Positions 25,845-39,704 of a DNA stretch of 64,000 nucleotides are shown piece after piece; position 1 is the first letter of the stretch; every line of letters begins with the position of its first letter. Source of the DNA: the human T2T-CHM13v2.0 reference genome, Homo sapiens; assembly GCF_009914755.1 (NCBI RefSeq), contig NC_060932.1; one strand, written 5' to 3'. The notes beneath the pieces were generated by a model, which ran no database searches, was not told the DNA's origin, and was given only the letters and a program-made list of their open reading frames with translations. The translations under genes were made by a program, and so were the position numbers.

Positions 25845-27457
25845 GATAAGAATATTGAGAATAGTATGAGCAATTGGATGTCAACAAATTAGATCTAGAT
25901 GAAATACAAACCGTTAGAGACATAAAATCTGTCAAGACTGAATCACAAAGAAATAGAAAATCTGAATAGACCAATAAATTGTAAAGAGATTGAATCAGTA
26001 ACCAAAAATCTTCTGACAAAAAAAAAAAAAAAAAGCCCTGGACCTGATGGCTTCACAGCTGAATTCTCCCAAATATTTAAAGAACTAACACCAATCCTCC
26101 AACATTTTCAAAAATTGTAGAAGAGGGAACATTTTCTGACTCATTCTAAAAGAAAACTCAAGGCCTATTTTTCTTATGAACATTGATGCAAAAATCTTTA
26201 AGAAAATCTCAGCTAACCAAATTCAACCACATATCAAAGGATTATATACCATGACCAAGTAAGATTCATTCCTGAGATGCAAGAATGGTTTAACATATGA
26301 AAATTCATCAATATAATACACCATATTAACAGAATGAAGAAGAAAAAAAAAACATGATTATCTCAATTTATGCAGAAAAGCATTTGAAAAAATTTAACAT
26401 CCTTTTATGACAAAAAAAACTCAAGAAACTAGAAATAGAAGGAAATTACCTCAACATAATAAAAGCAATATATGTAAAATCCACAGCAAACATCACACTC
26501 AATGTTGAAAGGCCTAACACTTTTTTTCTAAGATCAGGAAAAAGACAAGGATGCGTACTCTCGCCACTTTTATTCAACATATTACTGAAAGTCCTGACTA
26601 TAGTAATTAGGCAAGAAAAAGAAATAAAAGGCATTCAAATTGGAAAAGAAGAAGTAAAATTATCTCTGTTGGCAGATTATATGATCTTATCTGTAGAAAA
26701 TCCCAAAGATTTCACACACACAAAAAAAGCTTTTAGAACTGATAAATTTAACAAATTTGCAGATACAAAGTCAACACACAAAAATCAATTGCATTTCTTT
26801 ACACCAGCAATGAACAATGTGAAAAGGAAATTAAACAACTCTGTGTACAATAACATTGAAAAATTAAAAGATGAATGAATTAAGAAATGAAAGACTTGCA
26901 CAATGACAGCTATAAAATATTGCTGCTGAAAGAAAATAGAAAGGACACAAATAAATGGAAACACATCTGTTGTTAATGAATTAGAAGACTCAGTGTTATT
27001 AAATGTCAATACTACCCCAACCTACAGATTCAATGAAATCTCCATCAAAATCTTAATGATGATTTTTTGCATAAAATGATCACCCATCCTAAAATTCATA
27101 TGGAATCTCAATAGCCAAAATTATCTTCAATATCTAAAACAAACACAAAACACAAAATACACAACAATTTAGAAAATCTTGAATAGCCAAAAAATACTTG
27201 AAAAAGAAAAGCAAAGTTGGAAGATTCATACTTCCTGATTTCAAAGATTACTACATCACAATAATCAAAGCAGTGGTGCTAGCATAAGGGTAGATATAAA
27301 GACCAACCGAACATAATGGAGTCCTCAGACTTTGTATACATAGTCAATTGATTTTTGACAAGGAAATCAAGATCATTCAATGGGGAAAGGATTGTGTTTT
27401 CAACAAATGTGGTTCTGGGAAAACTGGATCCAAATGGGAAAGAATGAAGTTGGACTC
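25845..27457 (+). mobile_element. L1M-type ORF2 (RT region) fragment
   Basis: 'gaaatagaaaatctgaatagaccaata', 'ggacctgatggcttcac', 'aattaggcaagaaaaagaaataaaaggcat' and 'ttggcagattatatgat' (FADD-like motif). Confidence 0.92.
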
Positions 27458-27459
27458 TG

Positions 27460-28090
27460 TGTTGTATATGGGGAAGTAAGTTCTGCTTGGGGGATCTTTA
27501 GAGATCACTCTGACAAGACTGTGGAAATTATATTTAGAGAGGTATATGCAATTCAGGGATAGATTATATGCACAGGTTTTAGAAGAGGGAGACATAGCAT
27601 GCCATGCAGGGGACCATGTGGAAAGAACATCAAGGAAGTGGATTCAACCAAACAAGGTTGGAGCTGGGAGTGGCGAGTGAAGACCTGAGGGCAAGTGCCT
27701 TTATTGAAAGTCAGGGTAGAGTTCACAAGCGTAAGGCATGAGGGGACTTTATCAGTGCTTTGCAGTGTTACTAGGTCACAGTTAAGGGAGGGCAAGAAGG
27801 GGAACAAGTGGTGGGGACCAACCTTATCACACTGGTGCACCTGCTTGCCTGGACAGGGTGCTCACAGTGTGTTTGTGAGGATGTTAAGACATCAGAAAAA
27901 TAGGAAGTTTTCAAATTTACAATACTATGGACTCTGTGATGTCTCAACATCATTAACAATACTAATTGAGATGGATTACAGTTGTCACTTGGGTTGTGGA
28001 GATGTTAAAGTTGAGTGGACAGCTTGACTCAGCCACAAAAGGCAAACTTTGATAAAGGTGACAGCATGTGTCCTACTAGCCATATAACAA
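27460..28090 (-). mobile_element. Possible old ERVL-type LTR
   Basis: G-rich segment starting with TG and containing a reverse poly(A) signal 'ctttattg' near 27700. Family not determined. Confidence 0.3.
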
Positions 28091-29899
28091 GGATTTGAAA
28101 TCCAATTGGAGACTGAAGACTGCACTACCAAGGAAGTTATTCTGGCACAAGTAAAATCATACCAAATAGATATATGGATCTAGAAAAAGAAAGGAAGGGT
28201 TCTAGTACAATCCTGCTCAGATAATGATGGAGAAATTGTTTTTAAGCTAAAAGTACTATAAAGCTGGGAAGAGTATTGTTTAAAATTTGACAAATTTCTA
28301 TAAGATGGAAGCCTATGGAATTGTATTGATGGCCAGATCCAGTGGTGCTTCATAGCTTTCCACCCAATAAAGGGACTTCCTCAGCAGCACTCCAATTTAC
28401 TCTAGATCACAGAGAGCTAATGTTGAGAGTGCCAGTGGACCAGGTTGGTTGGTAAATTGATTAAAGGGTTATGAGCTCCTACAGTCAGAGCTATTGGGTC
28501 CAGCATTTGCCTTTATGGTAAATTGATAACTAGGGCAATCTCATAGTGACCTCAGAGACTATACCAGCATGCAAAGAGAAGCCTTAAATAATTTCTGTTC
28601 TCCACAATACATCATCTTGCAAGCTCATTATAGATAGCATGTTCCCCCATCACTCCAGAAAAATACTTCCCAGGCAGCATATTCCTACATTCTCTGACCC
28701 ACTAAATGGGGTATCTTGTAATTACTGTGAGTCTCACTGACAAAAAAGACAAGAAAAGTTTTTTTTAAGCAGAGAAATACACACTATACCTGTTAATACT
28801 TATGAACCAGCTCTGTCCTTTGTGAGAGGGAACAAATGTCAAAGAATTCCAATTATTTGATAAAAACAAGCAATATAAAAACTAGGAAAAAAGATTGAAC
28901 ACACATATGACCTAAATGAGGAAATTTAAAAATAAGATTTTAAAATCAGTACAATTTATATCCAGAAAGAAAGTAGTTGCCATATCTATAAAACAAGAAC
29001 ATGTTGCTATAAATAAGAAACAATCAACAATTGTGGAAAATGTAGATTTGTTGCTTTAGAAAAACAGCTGAATAATTGCATATATTTGTCTGAAGATTCA
29101 TAATAGAGGAGTAGCATGCTTCATTAGTAGAATGAATAATTGAACGGAATTTATTGGTATCAAATTCCCCTTACAAAAAACAATACATTTTCTAGTCATT
29201 TGAAGGTGGAGGTTGAGTTGTATAGTAACTTGTTAATGCCGAAGAAGCGTGTTTTGCCAGCTTCCAAGTAAAAATGATGAAAGGAATACTCACATAGAAA
29301 CATTGGTACGAAGTTGACAGCCAATAATCAGCATTACTCTGATGTTCTCTGTTTCACTGGCAGTGCTATTTTCAGTAGGAATATGAGAGCTCCTGCCCTA
29401 GACAAGGGCTTCAGAATCAATAAACACATGAGCTGCCTCTTACTGGAGAACCTCTTTCAACAGATAGTGAGAAAGACTTCTATGACTACATTCAGCAGAA
29501 ATTCTGAGACTCCAAGGAACGAAGCAAATGAAGCCTGCCCTTCCTCCCAGGCACAGCCCAACAGGATTCTTAGTAGACTTTGGTGTTTTTAAATGATTGC
29601 CTCTTCTTTATGCTTTTGCTTGAGTTGTAGTCAATAAAAACTCTTCCATTGACAGACAAACAAAAACAATAGCATTCTGATATCAAAACATGAGCACAAA
29701 GCTGACATTTTCTATCTCTCTTCCTGGAAATAATGCAAAAGCAATAACAATAATCTGAAATAATAATTTTTAAAACCCTGAAATCATTCTTTTTTATTTC
29801 TGTGCTGTTAAAAAGAAAAATGGATCTTCCTTCAGTACAGCGCATCTCTTCTGTGGGAGTCTCCTATCTCCACCTTCTCAAGGACCACTCTGGGCTGTA

Positions 29900-32230
29900 T
29901 ATTTCACCTTCTTCCCAAAGGAATCCTTCTTTATTCCATTCAGACATTCTCAAGTTTCTCCTTTTAAAAATAAATAAATAAATGCTTTTCCGGAAATCCC
30001 GATTCCTTATAGTTGCTAGCCTTATTATTCTTTCTACAACCATACTTTGGAAAAGAGAGGTTACACTGTGAATCTACATTTTTTCACCTCTGATCTATCT
30101 TTAATACCCTTTAATCCAACCTCTGCCCCTACCATCCCAATCAAACTGATCTCATGGATCAGTGGTGGCCTTCTTACCAAATCTTCTGGTCGTTTTTTCA
30201 GCTTTCAGCTTTCTTGAACTCTGAGCATTTACCGCTGTTGATTACACCATATTTTATGAGACTTCTCACCATTTAAACAAATAAACTACAAATTTCTAGT
30301 TTTCTCCTCTCCCAATTTACCTAATCTTGAATTATGGAGTAGCAATATCCTTTTTCAGCAACTCACTGAAAAGCTGATTTTTCAGGTATCTTCAACAAAA
30401 TGAAATTATTGTAAACTACAGGTAGACAATGCGCAGTATTTTTAGTGAACAGATTGAGAAATCATCAGTATAGAAGTCATCCGTATATATGTTGCCTTCC
30501 TCTTCCATGAAGTTATATTTGGTTAATTGTATTTAGATGAACTTGATAGATTATTATTTAGTTAAAAATCTGTCAGTGATCACTGCTCCCATTTTCTCTG
30601 ACTACCTTTAAATGTTGGCTTTCCTCAGCGTCCCATTCTAGGCCCATTAATTTGTCAAGAACAGCTTTGAACAGGTGCTTTTAAGCTCAATTTGGTCCTG
30701 CACAGTTTTACTTAATTAGAACAGTGATTAAAGCTTTATAGGTCCAACATTAAATTCATCTGTACTTACTTGTCTGACTGAATACTCCTTCCCTGTACTC
30801 AGAGAAGGCCACAACTCCACCCAGCCTTGATCCTTGGTGTCATCATTGTCTACTCGTAAACTTTCCTTCCTCACATCTAAGTGATGACTGTGCGTTTAAC
30901 CACTTAAGCTCATGTATTTCTCTGCATCTGATCTCCTCTATGCTCTACTCATTCCTTTAGTTCTCTTCACCATAATATCTCAAGCAGATTTTAGCCAATC
31001 CATCAAAAGCAGCCTCCGTCCCTCTGGTATTTTCCCAAACCTACATCCAGAGAGTACTTTCCTAAAATGAAAATGTGACCGTGACACTCCTTTGATTACA
31101 ACTCCTACACAGTTCCAAACTGTCTTCAAAATAAAATATGAATACTTAATTTTGATATAAAAGGCCTCTCGTGATCTGCCACCTACTGATCTGCATTTAT
31201 TTTATGACATTTTCACACTGCCACAAAGGGGCTTTAGAAGTGGGCAGTTTTGATAGGCTGCTAGTTTTTCCCTGAGTCCTTCTGCCCCTCTTCTAGAATA
31301 ATAGAGGGTGGCTGGCCACAAGTCCACTCTGCTAGACACTGTACATTCCAACCTTCCCTACAGCTAAGTGCAGCCATATAACCATGTTATTACCAATAGA
31401 AGATGAGTAGAAATTACGCATAAAACTTTTGCATCATTTCCCCTCCAAAAAATGCTGTAATCTTAATCTCTCTCCCTCTTCCCATGGAGTAGAAGACAGA
31501 CAAGGAGCTGTCAGTGTTAAACAGTCAAATGAGGACAATTCCCTGGGAACGAGAAGCTGAAATAAATGATCTTGAAATAACTTTTCTGGGTTGAAAGCTA
31601 CTTTCTTTCCCTAAACCACCAGCAAACTCCAGACTATTGCATATCAGATAGAGACATTTTAGCTCTTTGAGTCGCTGTGTTTTGGAATCCTTTTGGAGCA
31701 ACTAGCTTAGCCTGCAACTTATCCAATACAGCAGCTGAAGAGGAAATGCTTGTGTATTTCCAATATACAAACTATATTAAGAAGAAATTGCAAACATAGT
31801 TGCAAAGAATAGAAAAAAAATGAATATTTCTGCCTTGAGTACTTGAATTTTGAGCAAGTCTGTACCAATTCCAGTTAGATAAAAGACCAATTCAGTCTCT
31901 CATTTCTTGGCTCTTGCATACATTATTTCCTCTACAGGAACATGTTTTCAACCTTCTTTTCCAGAAAAAAAACTCTGCCAGTCTTTCAAGTTTTAACTTA
32001 AATGACACATTATACAGGAAGTTTTTTTGCTAAAATCCATACCATGTATTATTTATCATTCACATGGATCCCACTGCATTGTAATTACTTGTTTAGTTGC
32101 CTGTGTTCACCACTAGATTGTATACTCCTTGATGACAGGGACAGTGTCTATTGTGTGTGGTATTTTATAACAAAAGCCTATTTTAATGTGTGGTATGTGG
32201 TAGGTTCTCAAATAATATTTGTTGAGTCTT
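29900..32230 (+). mobile_element. Fragmented L2 3' half, interrupted by an MLT1
   Basis: 'taaatgttggctttcctcagcgtcccattctaggccc', 'aaaatgtgaccgtgacactcc' and the terminus 'gtggtaggttctcaaataatatttgttgag'. Confidence 0.65.
31238..31730 (+). mobile_element. Old MLT1 (H-K group) MaLR LTR
   Basis: 'cattccaaccttccctacagctaagtgcagccatataacca...accaatagaagatgagtagaa', ending 'atccaataca'. Confidence 0.6.
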
Positions 32231-34099
32231 GATTATATTGCTCAGTTAATTATACAAAATGAATCTATTATTGCAACCTCCACCTATCTCAAGAATTGTA
32301 TATGGTCCAATTAAACAAGAATTATACAAGAAAGTTGCAAAGTCTAAGAAGCTGTATCTACAGCCTCTTCCCAAACGTAGCTGCCCTTCCTCTCCAAAGA
32401 TAATCACTATCTTGACTTCTAACACCATTGATTAGTTCTGCTTGTCTTTGAACTTTAGTAAATAGAATCATTCAGTATGAGAATATAAATTATGGGAGGA
32501 AATAAGAATAAATCAAAGCATTAACAGATGAGAATTAAGTGTTGTAAAATCTGAATAATTATAGCTGGAAGCTCACTTATATGGGAATAATTAATTTACT
32601 TTAAAAAGTGAATATTTCCTATTTACATTGGATTTTTACTTGTCAAATACCTACTTTTAGTATTAGTGTTGACTTTGTAAAGAATCTGACTTCTGGCTAA
32701 TATTAAGAAAAACAAATATCTGCTCTTTGAATGTTTTTTAATTGTGAATTTAACAGATTAAATTAACAAAGCTTAAAACTTAAGATTGCTAATGTTCTGT
32801 CTTATAAAACTATTTTATTTAAGTGAACTTACTGAAAAGATTATTTTAAATCTAATATCAGATGTTCGTAAACTTCAACTTGAACATTGTAATGTATATT
32901 GAACTTGTATATAGCAGTATAAACTTTTTTTCCTTCTTTATCTAAGCTCACTTAAGTTTAAGACAGTAACTTACACAAAATGATTCCCTCAGCTGCAATC
33001 TCCTAGAAAGAGCTTTCCTCTGTCATTTATGTTATTTTCAACCTTAAGCCTCTACACAGTCCACATAGATCTTTATTAAAGATATCTACCTGCCATTCCA
33101 GCATCACAAAAGATTATCATTGACATTATCTAAATGCTATCATCTTCCTTATACATACAAGATATTTATTTTCCTTGAAATAAGAAAACAAGCAGATGTT
33201 AAAGAAATGGACTGTGTTTCCACATATCTCTCCCTTATCTTCAATGGTCTCATTAACTCAGTAGGCAATACTCAATCATCTTTTGTATATCTATTACTCA
33301 AAATGGATTTGTATCTGTTCCGAACTCTACTACCTCCTTGTCATTGATTTTTGACTTTAAAGGAGTATGAAGAGATTGCAAATACTTACACTTTTCATGA
33401 ACAAATGATTGGAAAGATCCATTTTGTATTATTCTGCTTCCTTCTTACCTTTAAGTATATGAATATGTACATATTCACACACATATATAAAAATACATAT
33501 TCATATAAAATGTTTGAAGCCATATAAATATAGACACAGGTATAGACATAGATAGCTGTTTTTTATTCAGGTCATTTTTCTTTAAATCATACATAAAGAG
33601 AACAACAAACCTGCGTTATCATAAGTGGCAAGCTTCATAACATTTAATTTCCAGAACTTGTTCTCTGAACCTACTGACTTGATATAACTTGAAATAACCT
33701 TTAGCTGTTCATAAAATTTAACAAGAGGAATAATTCTGAAGTCTGAAAGGAATATATTAATATTTGCAAAATAATAGAATTTAAACTCAATGTTGGTCAC
33801 TTTAATTTTAAGGTAACGTAAGAAACTAACTTCACCAAAAATAACACATCTTGAAAAATGAAACAGATACAATACTATATGAAAGAAGGTGTGTGAAAAG
33901 ATAACTAACTGTATTACAAAAATAGAAGATATATTGAGAGACTATTTAATAAGTCCTTGACTTTTAATAAACTTCACACCGCCCAACATCTGAAAATGCA
34001 TTAGGCATGTAACTCAGTTTTTAAAAAAAAAATTATAGAGAAAATTTATAGACTTCCACTTATTATTCTATAATGTGAGGAAATAGAAATAGCCTAGTT

Positions 34100-36170
34100 A
34101 CCATTATCTGCTTAAGAGGAATGACATCATTCCCCAGCCTTCTCTTCTCCAGACCAAATCACCCCAATTTCCTTCTTCTTTTTTTTATTAGTTGAATTTT
34201 AATCACCTTTTTGGAGCTCAACCGCAAAGCTATAAAATGTAGCCGCTGACAAAATTAGAGTGGGAAGATAAGAAGTTAATCTAAACTGTATGTGGATGAA
34301 ATCCAAACCACAGCAAGCTTTTCATGGTCTATATTCATTGTAAAATTCAAGACATAATAAGAAAGGTCACCACATTACATTTAAATTCAACATTACTATT
34401 TTATTGTATCCCACTCTCATGCTAGTTTTCTTAACTGTGATTTATTCACTGTAGTATTTTGCCCTCTATTTTACAATTGCCAGGTTTTTGTGTTATATTT
34501 GTGCATTGTAAGGTATGCCTAGAATTATATTTGTTTAACATCTTTTTTCTTCTAAATTTTATAACTTCACACTTATTTGAATTTCCCGTCTGACCCATAT
34601 TCCCATGTGAATTCACCATGATTAGTTGAATTTGATTAGGCTTTTCACCATGACTGTGTGGGCTTATTCTGTCCATGGGTAAAATTCTCTATATTGTAGT
34701 TATCAGTCAACTCACTCATCTTTACAAAAATAACCAACTTACCTAATTACAGCTGCCTTTTCTGACGGTGTCATCCTTCTAAACAATACATGCATCACTG
34801 TCCTCATTCCTCTCTACATCTGGGAACTTAGGCCTTGACTTTTCATTTTAATCATCAATGTTAGACAGCTGTAATAAGTTACAGTAGCATGACTACACTA
34901 TGATAACCTTATGAACTTATTAATGTGGATGTGGATAAAGAAAATGCCAACATCCATTGGTCTCAAAGTTCTTTCATTAATAGTATATGTACCAGATAAT
35001 CTACATGTCTTAAACTTCATAGAAGCATAGATGTTCAATTTGAATAAATGTGTGACACCCCCTAATCCAATTCCTGGGCTTATACTTAAGTTTCTTCAAT
35101 TCACTCTCTTGGGAAGCAGCCTATTTTATTTTCAGATTTTCAACTATCTTACATGTTGAGACGATTTATCAGCCACACTTCACTCATGGGCCATAGTTCT
35201 GTCCTTGAGGCATGGCAGACAGTTTCTTCTGCTTTTCTGATATTTCTCATATTTGAAGACAGTTCCCATTTCGGCTTCAAATCTCTTTTTTTTCAGTGTA
35301 AGTGTTTTCAGGTTTCTCTCATTCAAAGCCTCCTCTACAAGCTTTAATTTGTTGAAATCCTTCCTAAAGTTGACACAACCTATGAAGTATTGCTAATCAG
35401 TGTACAATTGTGCAAGAGCTCTCTTATTCTAAATATTTCACTTTATTTAATGTACTCAACAAGTACATTAGCATGTACGCAGTTACTACATTTAACTGTT
35501 CAAGTTAGTCTTCAACAAAAAACTTTAGAAGTTGTAACCACGAGAGGGATCCAAATTTCAATCATGCATCATGTTAAAGTCCATAAGAATACGTGGCCCT
35601 AAAACATGATGTGCAAAAAAATAATAATTTAGGTTTATATCAGACCAATTGCTTATTAGAATTAGATGGATGACTTTTATATAGCTTAATAGGCAAATGC
35701 AAAATCCAATCCAGTTGAATACTGGATTGGAAACTGCCAGCTTGGGAAGGAATGGAAAAAATTAGGTAACTTGTTTTACTGACACCTTAAGGTCCTGGAG
35801 TAAATCAAATTTAAAGCATTATGGAATCACTGATATAAAATTTTCCATTGGGGTCTGTGCACACATCTCATTGTAGTCACCAACAAGAATCCAGTTGGTG
35901 AACTGGCCAAAATTTGGGGTCTTTCTGCTTTGTCCAGCACACTGAGAAGGTAACTCTCTAAATTATGATTCTTTAGTGGGGGTTGAGATCAATCACCTTG
36001 GATGTCTACACCTCTAGAAGTCACACTCAGGAGACATCTCTGGTCAAAAGTAATTTCAGTTAACTGAGAATCAAAACTATAGCATTAATATTTTATACAT
36101 AGGAAGCTGTGCGGTTTTGATACTTTGAGAAAATGGCCTAGTAGAGTGATGGCTTTGTAATTTCCATTTA
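34100..36170. mobile_element. Probable ancient L3/CR1 fragments
   Basis: Short CR1-like motifs such as 'ccccagccttctcttctccagaccaaa'. Very diverged. Confidence 0.3.
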
Positions 36171-37029
36171 AAATGTGTAATTGAGTAACTAATTTAGACT
36201 TGTGATTGTTAGAAGAAATGTTACAAGTTTATATCTAGAATTAAACCAATTAGAAGAACTTTTAGTTTCACTATGTTTATTAAAGTTGATTAACTTTAGA
36301 ATAATTATTTAAATACTTGGGAAAGCATCAAACAAGATGAGATAAATTGAATACATTTAACTTACAAATCCAGTTGTAAACAGAAACCAGTATTATTCAA
36401 AGCTCACTACAGTGATCATTAAAAAATGCACAACTTATACATAAAATAAAAAATTCATAAGCAAGATATATAAAAAGAATAATATGTTAATGATTTAAAA
36501 CTCGACAGAAACTTGAGTTTATGAATCTCAATTTTATTAGATTGCCTATTAATTTCAAAAGCTAGAATAAGATTCTCAATAGTCTCTTTAGCACAGAATT
36601 TCTTTGGTAAATCACATTAACAGTTTTCAGGATTTATTGAGTGTTCACTATATACCAGGCAATGTGCTCATTATACCATTTACCTGTATATTCAAAATAT
36701 TTGTATACCCTTTGTGGCCAATTGAGCTACTCTGCCCAAATAAACTGATAAATCTTTCTGTTACATGTTAGGCTTTCATAATTAACAGTTTCCATTCAAA
36801 TGTAAGTATATATATGTTATATTTTCTCCTTTAAATTGAATCCTATTTAACTTTCTGACACACACACACACACACACAAAATGACATACAGTCAGTTTTA
36901 TGAGTGAGTTTTACCAAACTTCCAATGAACAGTTGATAGCTATGCTACGCACATTCTTCGAGAGAATAGAATAAAAGGGATTTCCTCCAGTCCTTTTCAT
37001 GAGACTAGGGTTGCCGTTATGATACAGTC

Positions 37030-38230
37030 CTGAGCAGATGAGAATTTTAACTGGGCACACAGCCAGCCTGAACAGAATCAAGATTCTGCATGGAAAGAAA
37101 AAGTGTTAATAGAAACTAGGTGGTGAGCAATGATCAGTGTCTTCAGAAAAAAATTAGAAAATTGTGACAAGGCAAGGGATGATATAAAAGTTCCTTTTAA
37201 AACACGTTGATTTTAAGTTGCTTCTGAAACATCCAAAGAGACCTGTGAAGTGGCAGTGGGATATATGTTCTACATGGATATATGAATCTGCAGTTCAGGG
37301 AAGAAGTTTGCAAAGAAACTTGAGTGTGTATGTGGTATGTAAAGCCTTGGGAATGGGTGAAATTGCCTAAGGAAAAAGTGAAGATAAGAAAATCCATGGT
37401 GGAAAAGTGAAACCTAGGAGCAGGCCAACATTTAAACGACAGAAAGGGGAAAAGGACCTGGCAAACACCCTGTGAAATGCTTCTTCACACGACCCAGATA
37501 TGTGTAACGAAAAGCTTAATCTGAGTGGGTTCAAGAAAAATAAAAACTTTGAAGATAGGGAACAGCTTATATAGACAACTTTTCTCAAGAGATTTTGTTA
37601 GAAAAAGGAGCAGAGAAATGGTGGTCACTGAAGGACAGGATGTAATTAAGAGAAGGGATGTTTCCCTAAGACTGAAAATATTTTATGACGTTTGCATGTT
37701 GATGGAAATGATCCATTAGGTGAGAAAAGAAACTGATGATGCCAGAGAGAAAAAAAGATAATTGTAGGAGTAAAAACCTTTAATAGAAAGCAGAGCATGA
37801 GCTGCAGTGTTCAAGTGAAGAGTTAGGCCATAATGATGAGCAAGGACAATTTATTACGATTGGTGGGGAAACAGAGGAATCCTAACTACTGTTAGGCTGG
37901 ACATTTGTGGCAGAAGAAAAAAGAAGTTCTTTTCTCAAAAATAGAAATTGGAGAGAGGATAAAATGAAAAATAGTTGACTTAACAAAGCAGAAGACCAAA
38001 TTAACTAAGGAAATAGTTAGGCTTGCCAAGGCAGTGCTGAGTGTTCAGCGAAGGTTTGTAGCAATGCATTAAAAGCAAACTGAGTCCATGTGATGTTCCC
38101 TCCAAACACATTCTGCACATGCAGAGCAGGTGATTATGCCTTAAGCCAGTGTTGAGGTTTTACCACGCCAGTATGATGAAGAGAAAGAGAGGAAGTTAGA
38201 AGTTACATTTAAGATAGTGACTCAGTTCTC
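37030..38230 (-). mobile_element. L2 fragment
   Basis: 'gttgattttaagttgcttctgaaacatccaaagagacctgtgaagtggcagt' and 'atatagacaacttttctcaagagattttg'. Confidence 0.7.
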
Positions 38231-39219
38231 TATATTTTTTACATGGAAATATGCCCTTGGTATATTAAGATGATTTAAAGCTATTTAGAAAACAGCACAT
38301 ATAGTTTGACCCTTTGTTTCTATCTATGTTTGAGTGAGTAGGTGTGAGCATATATGCATATATGGAGAAAAAAGTAGAAGAACATATACCAAATTATTAC
38401 TAATTATTTTCTGTGTTTATTTTAGAATGCTTCTTTATAGCTACTGTAATAGTGTGCTACATGATTCCTGGAGATGTCAGAGGAAAGTATCCTCTGTTCT
38501 AATACAGTGACATTGAGCTGAGATATGGACTCAGATAAGGATGAATTAGCCTGGATGACAATTTTGTGCCTAAAACGTTATATACTGCATTTTGCAATCA
38601 GATGATGCATTGATAAATTGCAGAGTTTATCAGGCACTCATGGCCCAGGTCAAGTGTTGCTTACATCTAGTCACATAAGGCCATAGGCGGGAATGCTCCA
38701 ACTTCTTGAATTTAAGATGCATGTATAAAAAGCTGAACTCAGAAGTAGAAAGGGACACTTCCAGAAAATTTCATATGACTCTTATTCATCCATCCAGAGT
38801 TGTTGACTGTAAATCTGTGTTCCCTAGTGAGGCCTTTTTTGAGGCAGGGACCTTACACATTTTTCAATCCTGGATAATTATGCTGACTTCTCAGCTATGT
38901 GTCCTGACTACATACAGTACAATTCTGTACATGTTAGAGAAGAAAAACTTGATTGAATTACAAAAATATTTCCTATGCATACTTTTCCATTCAACCAGTA
39001 ATTATTTGATAACCATCAATTCAGTGTTCATGAATACATGGTCAAAAAAGGAAAATTTCTGTTTCTCTGTCCCACACATACACCACACTCACAGCCTCAC
39101 CACCCATCATCTTTCTCATACGATCTTTACTTCTATAATCAGAAAAGAAGTTATGCCTTTTCTACTTTGAAAAAGGAAAATATGAAAACTATTGGTTTTT
39201 AATTCATTCAGAGTGGTAG

Positions 39220-39704
39220 TGAGGAAAAAGCTGGAATCCGCCTCCGGAGGCAGGGCTTAGACACTCGACCAAATTGAGGAATTGCAAAAACAGATCAAGG
39301 TAGAAGCACCTCCCCATAAGACATGCCCACCAGTGTGCCATGTCATTTTATTATTGCCATGGCAATGCCTGAAAGTCACCACTCCTTTCCGTTGCAACAA
39401 CTCAACAGGTAGGAAGTTGCCACTCTCATCCTAGACATTTCTGCAAATTCCAGCCTTTAATATGCATATAATTAAAAGTGGCTATAAATATGACTGCAGG
39501 CCTACCTCTCAGCTGCTCCTCTGGGCACACTGTCTATGGGGTAGCCCTGCTCCGCAACCCCTGCCCTGCCTCTGCGGCACACTGCCCCTTCAATCAAAGC
39601 TGCTGTTTAACACCACACTGGCTTGCCTTTGAATTTTTTCCTGAACAAAGCCAAGAACCCTCTTGGACTAAGCCCCAGTTCGGTGGCTTGTCTGTCCTGC
39701 ATCA
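39220..39704 (+). mobile_element. MER41-family ERV1 solo LTR
   Basis: 'gtgccatgtca...attgccatggcaa', TATA 'ctataaata', 'tatggggtagccctgct' and a 3' end 'agccaagaaccctc...ctaagcccca...cctgcatca'. TSD gtag/gcag. Confidence 0.8.

Noticed and set aside
35705-35731. 11-bp stem hairpin (also a 10-bp stem at about 12148-12175)
   Set aside because: Too short to distinguish from chance in 64 kb. Bacterial-style terminators are irrelevant here.
38706-39170. 154-aa ORF, one of the longest in the track
   Set aside because: It has a non-ATG start, overlaps MIR/L2-like remnants, and shows no recognisable domain or convincing splice context.
39220-39704. MER41 as an interferon-gamma/STAT1 enhancer
   Set aside because: I do not see the tandem TTCCGGGAA-type GAS sites described for MER41B, and the subfamily appears different.
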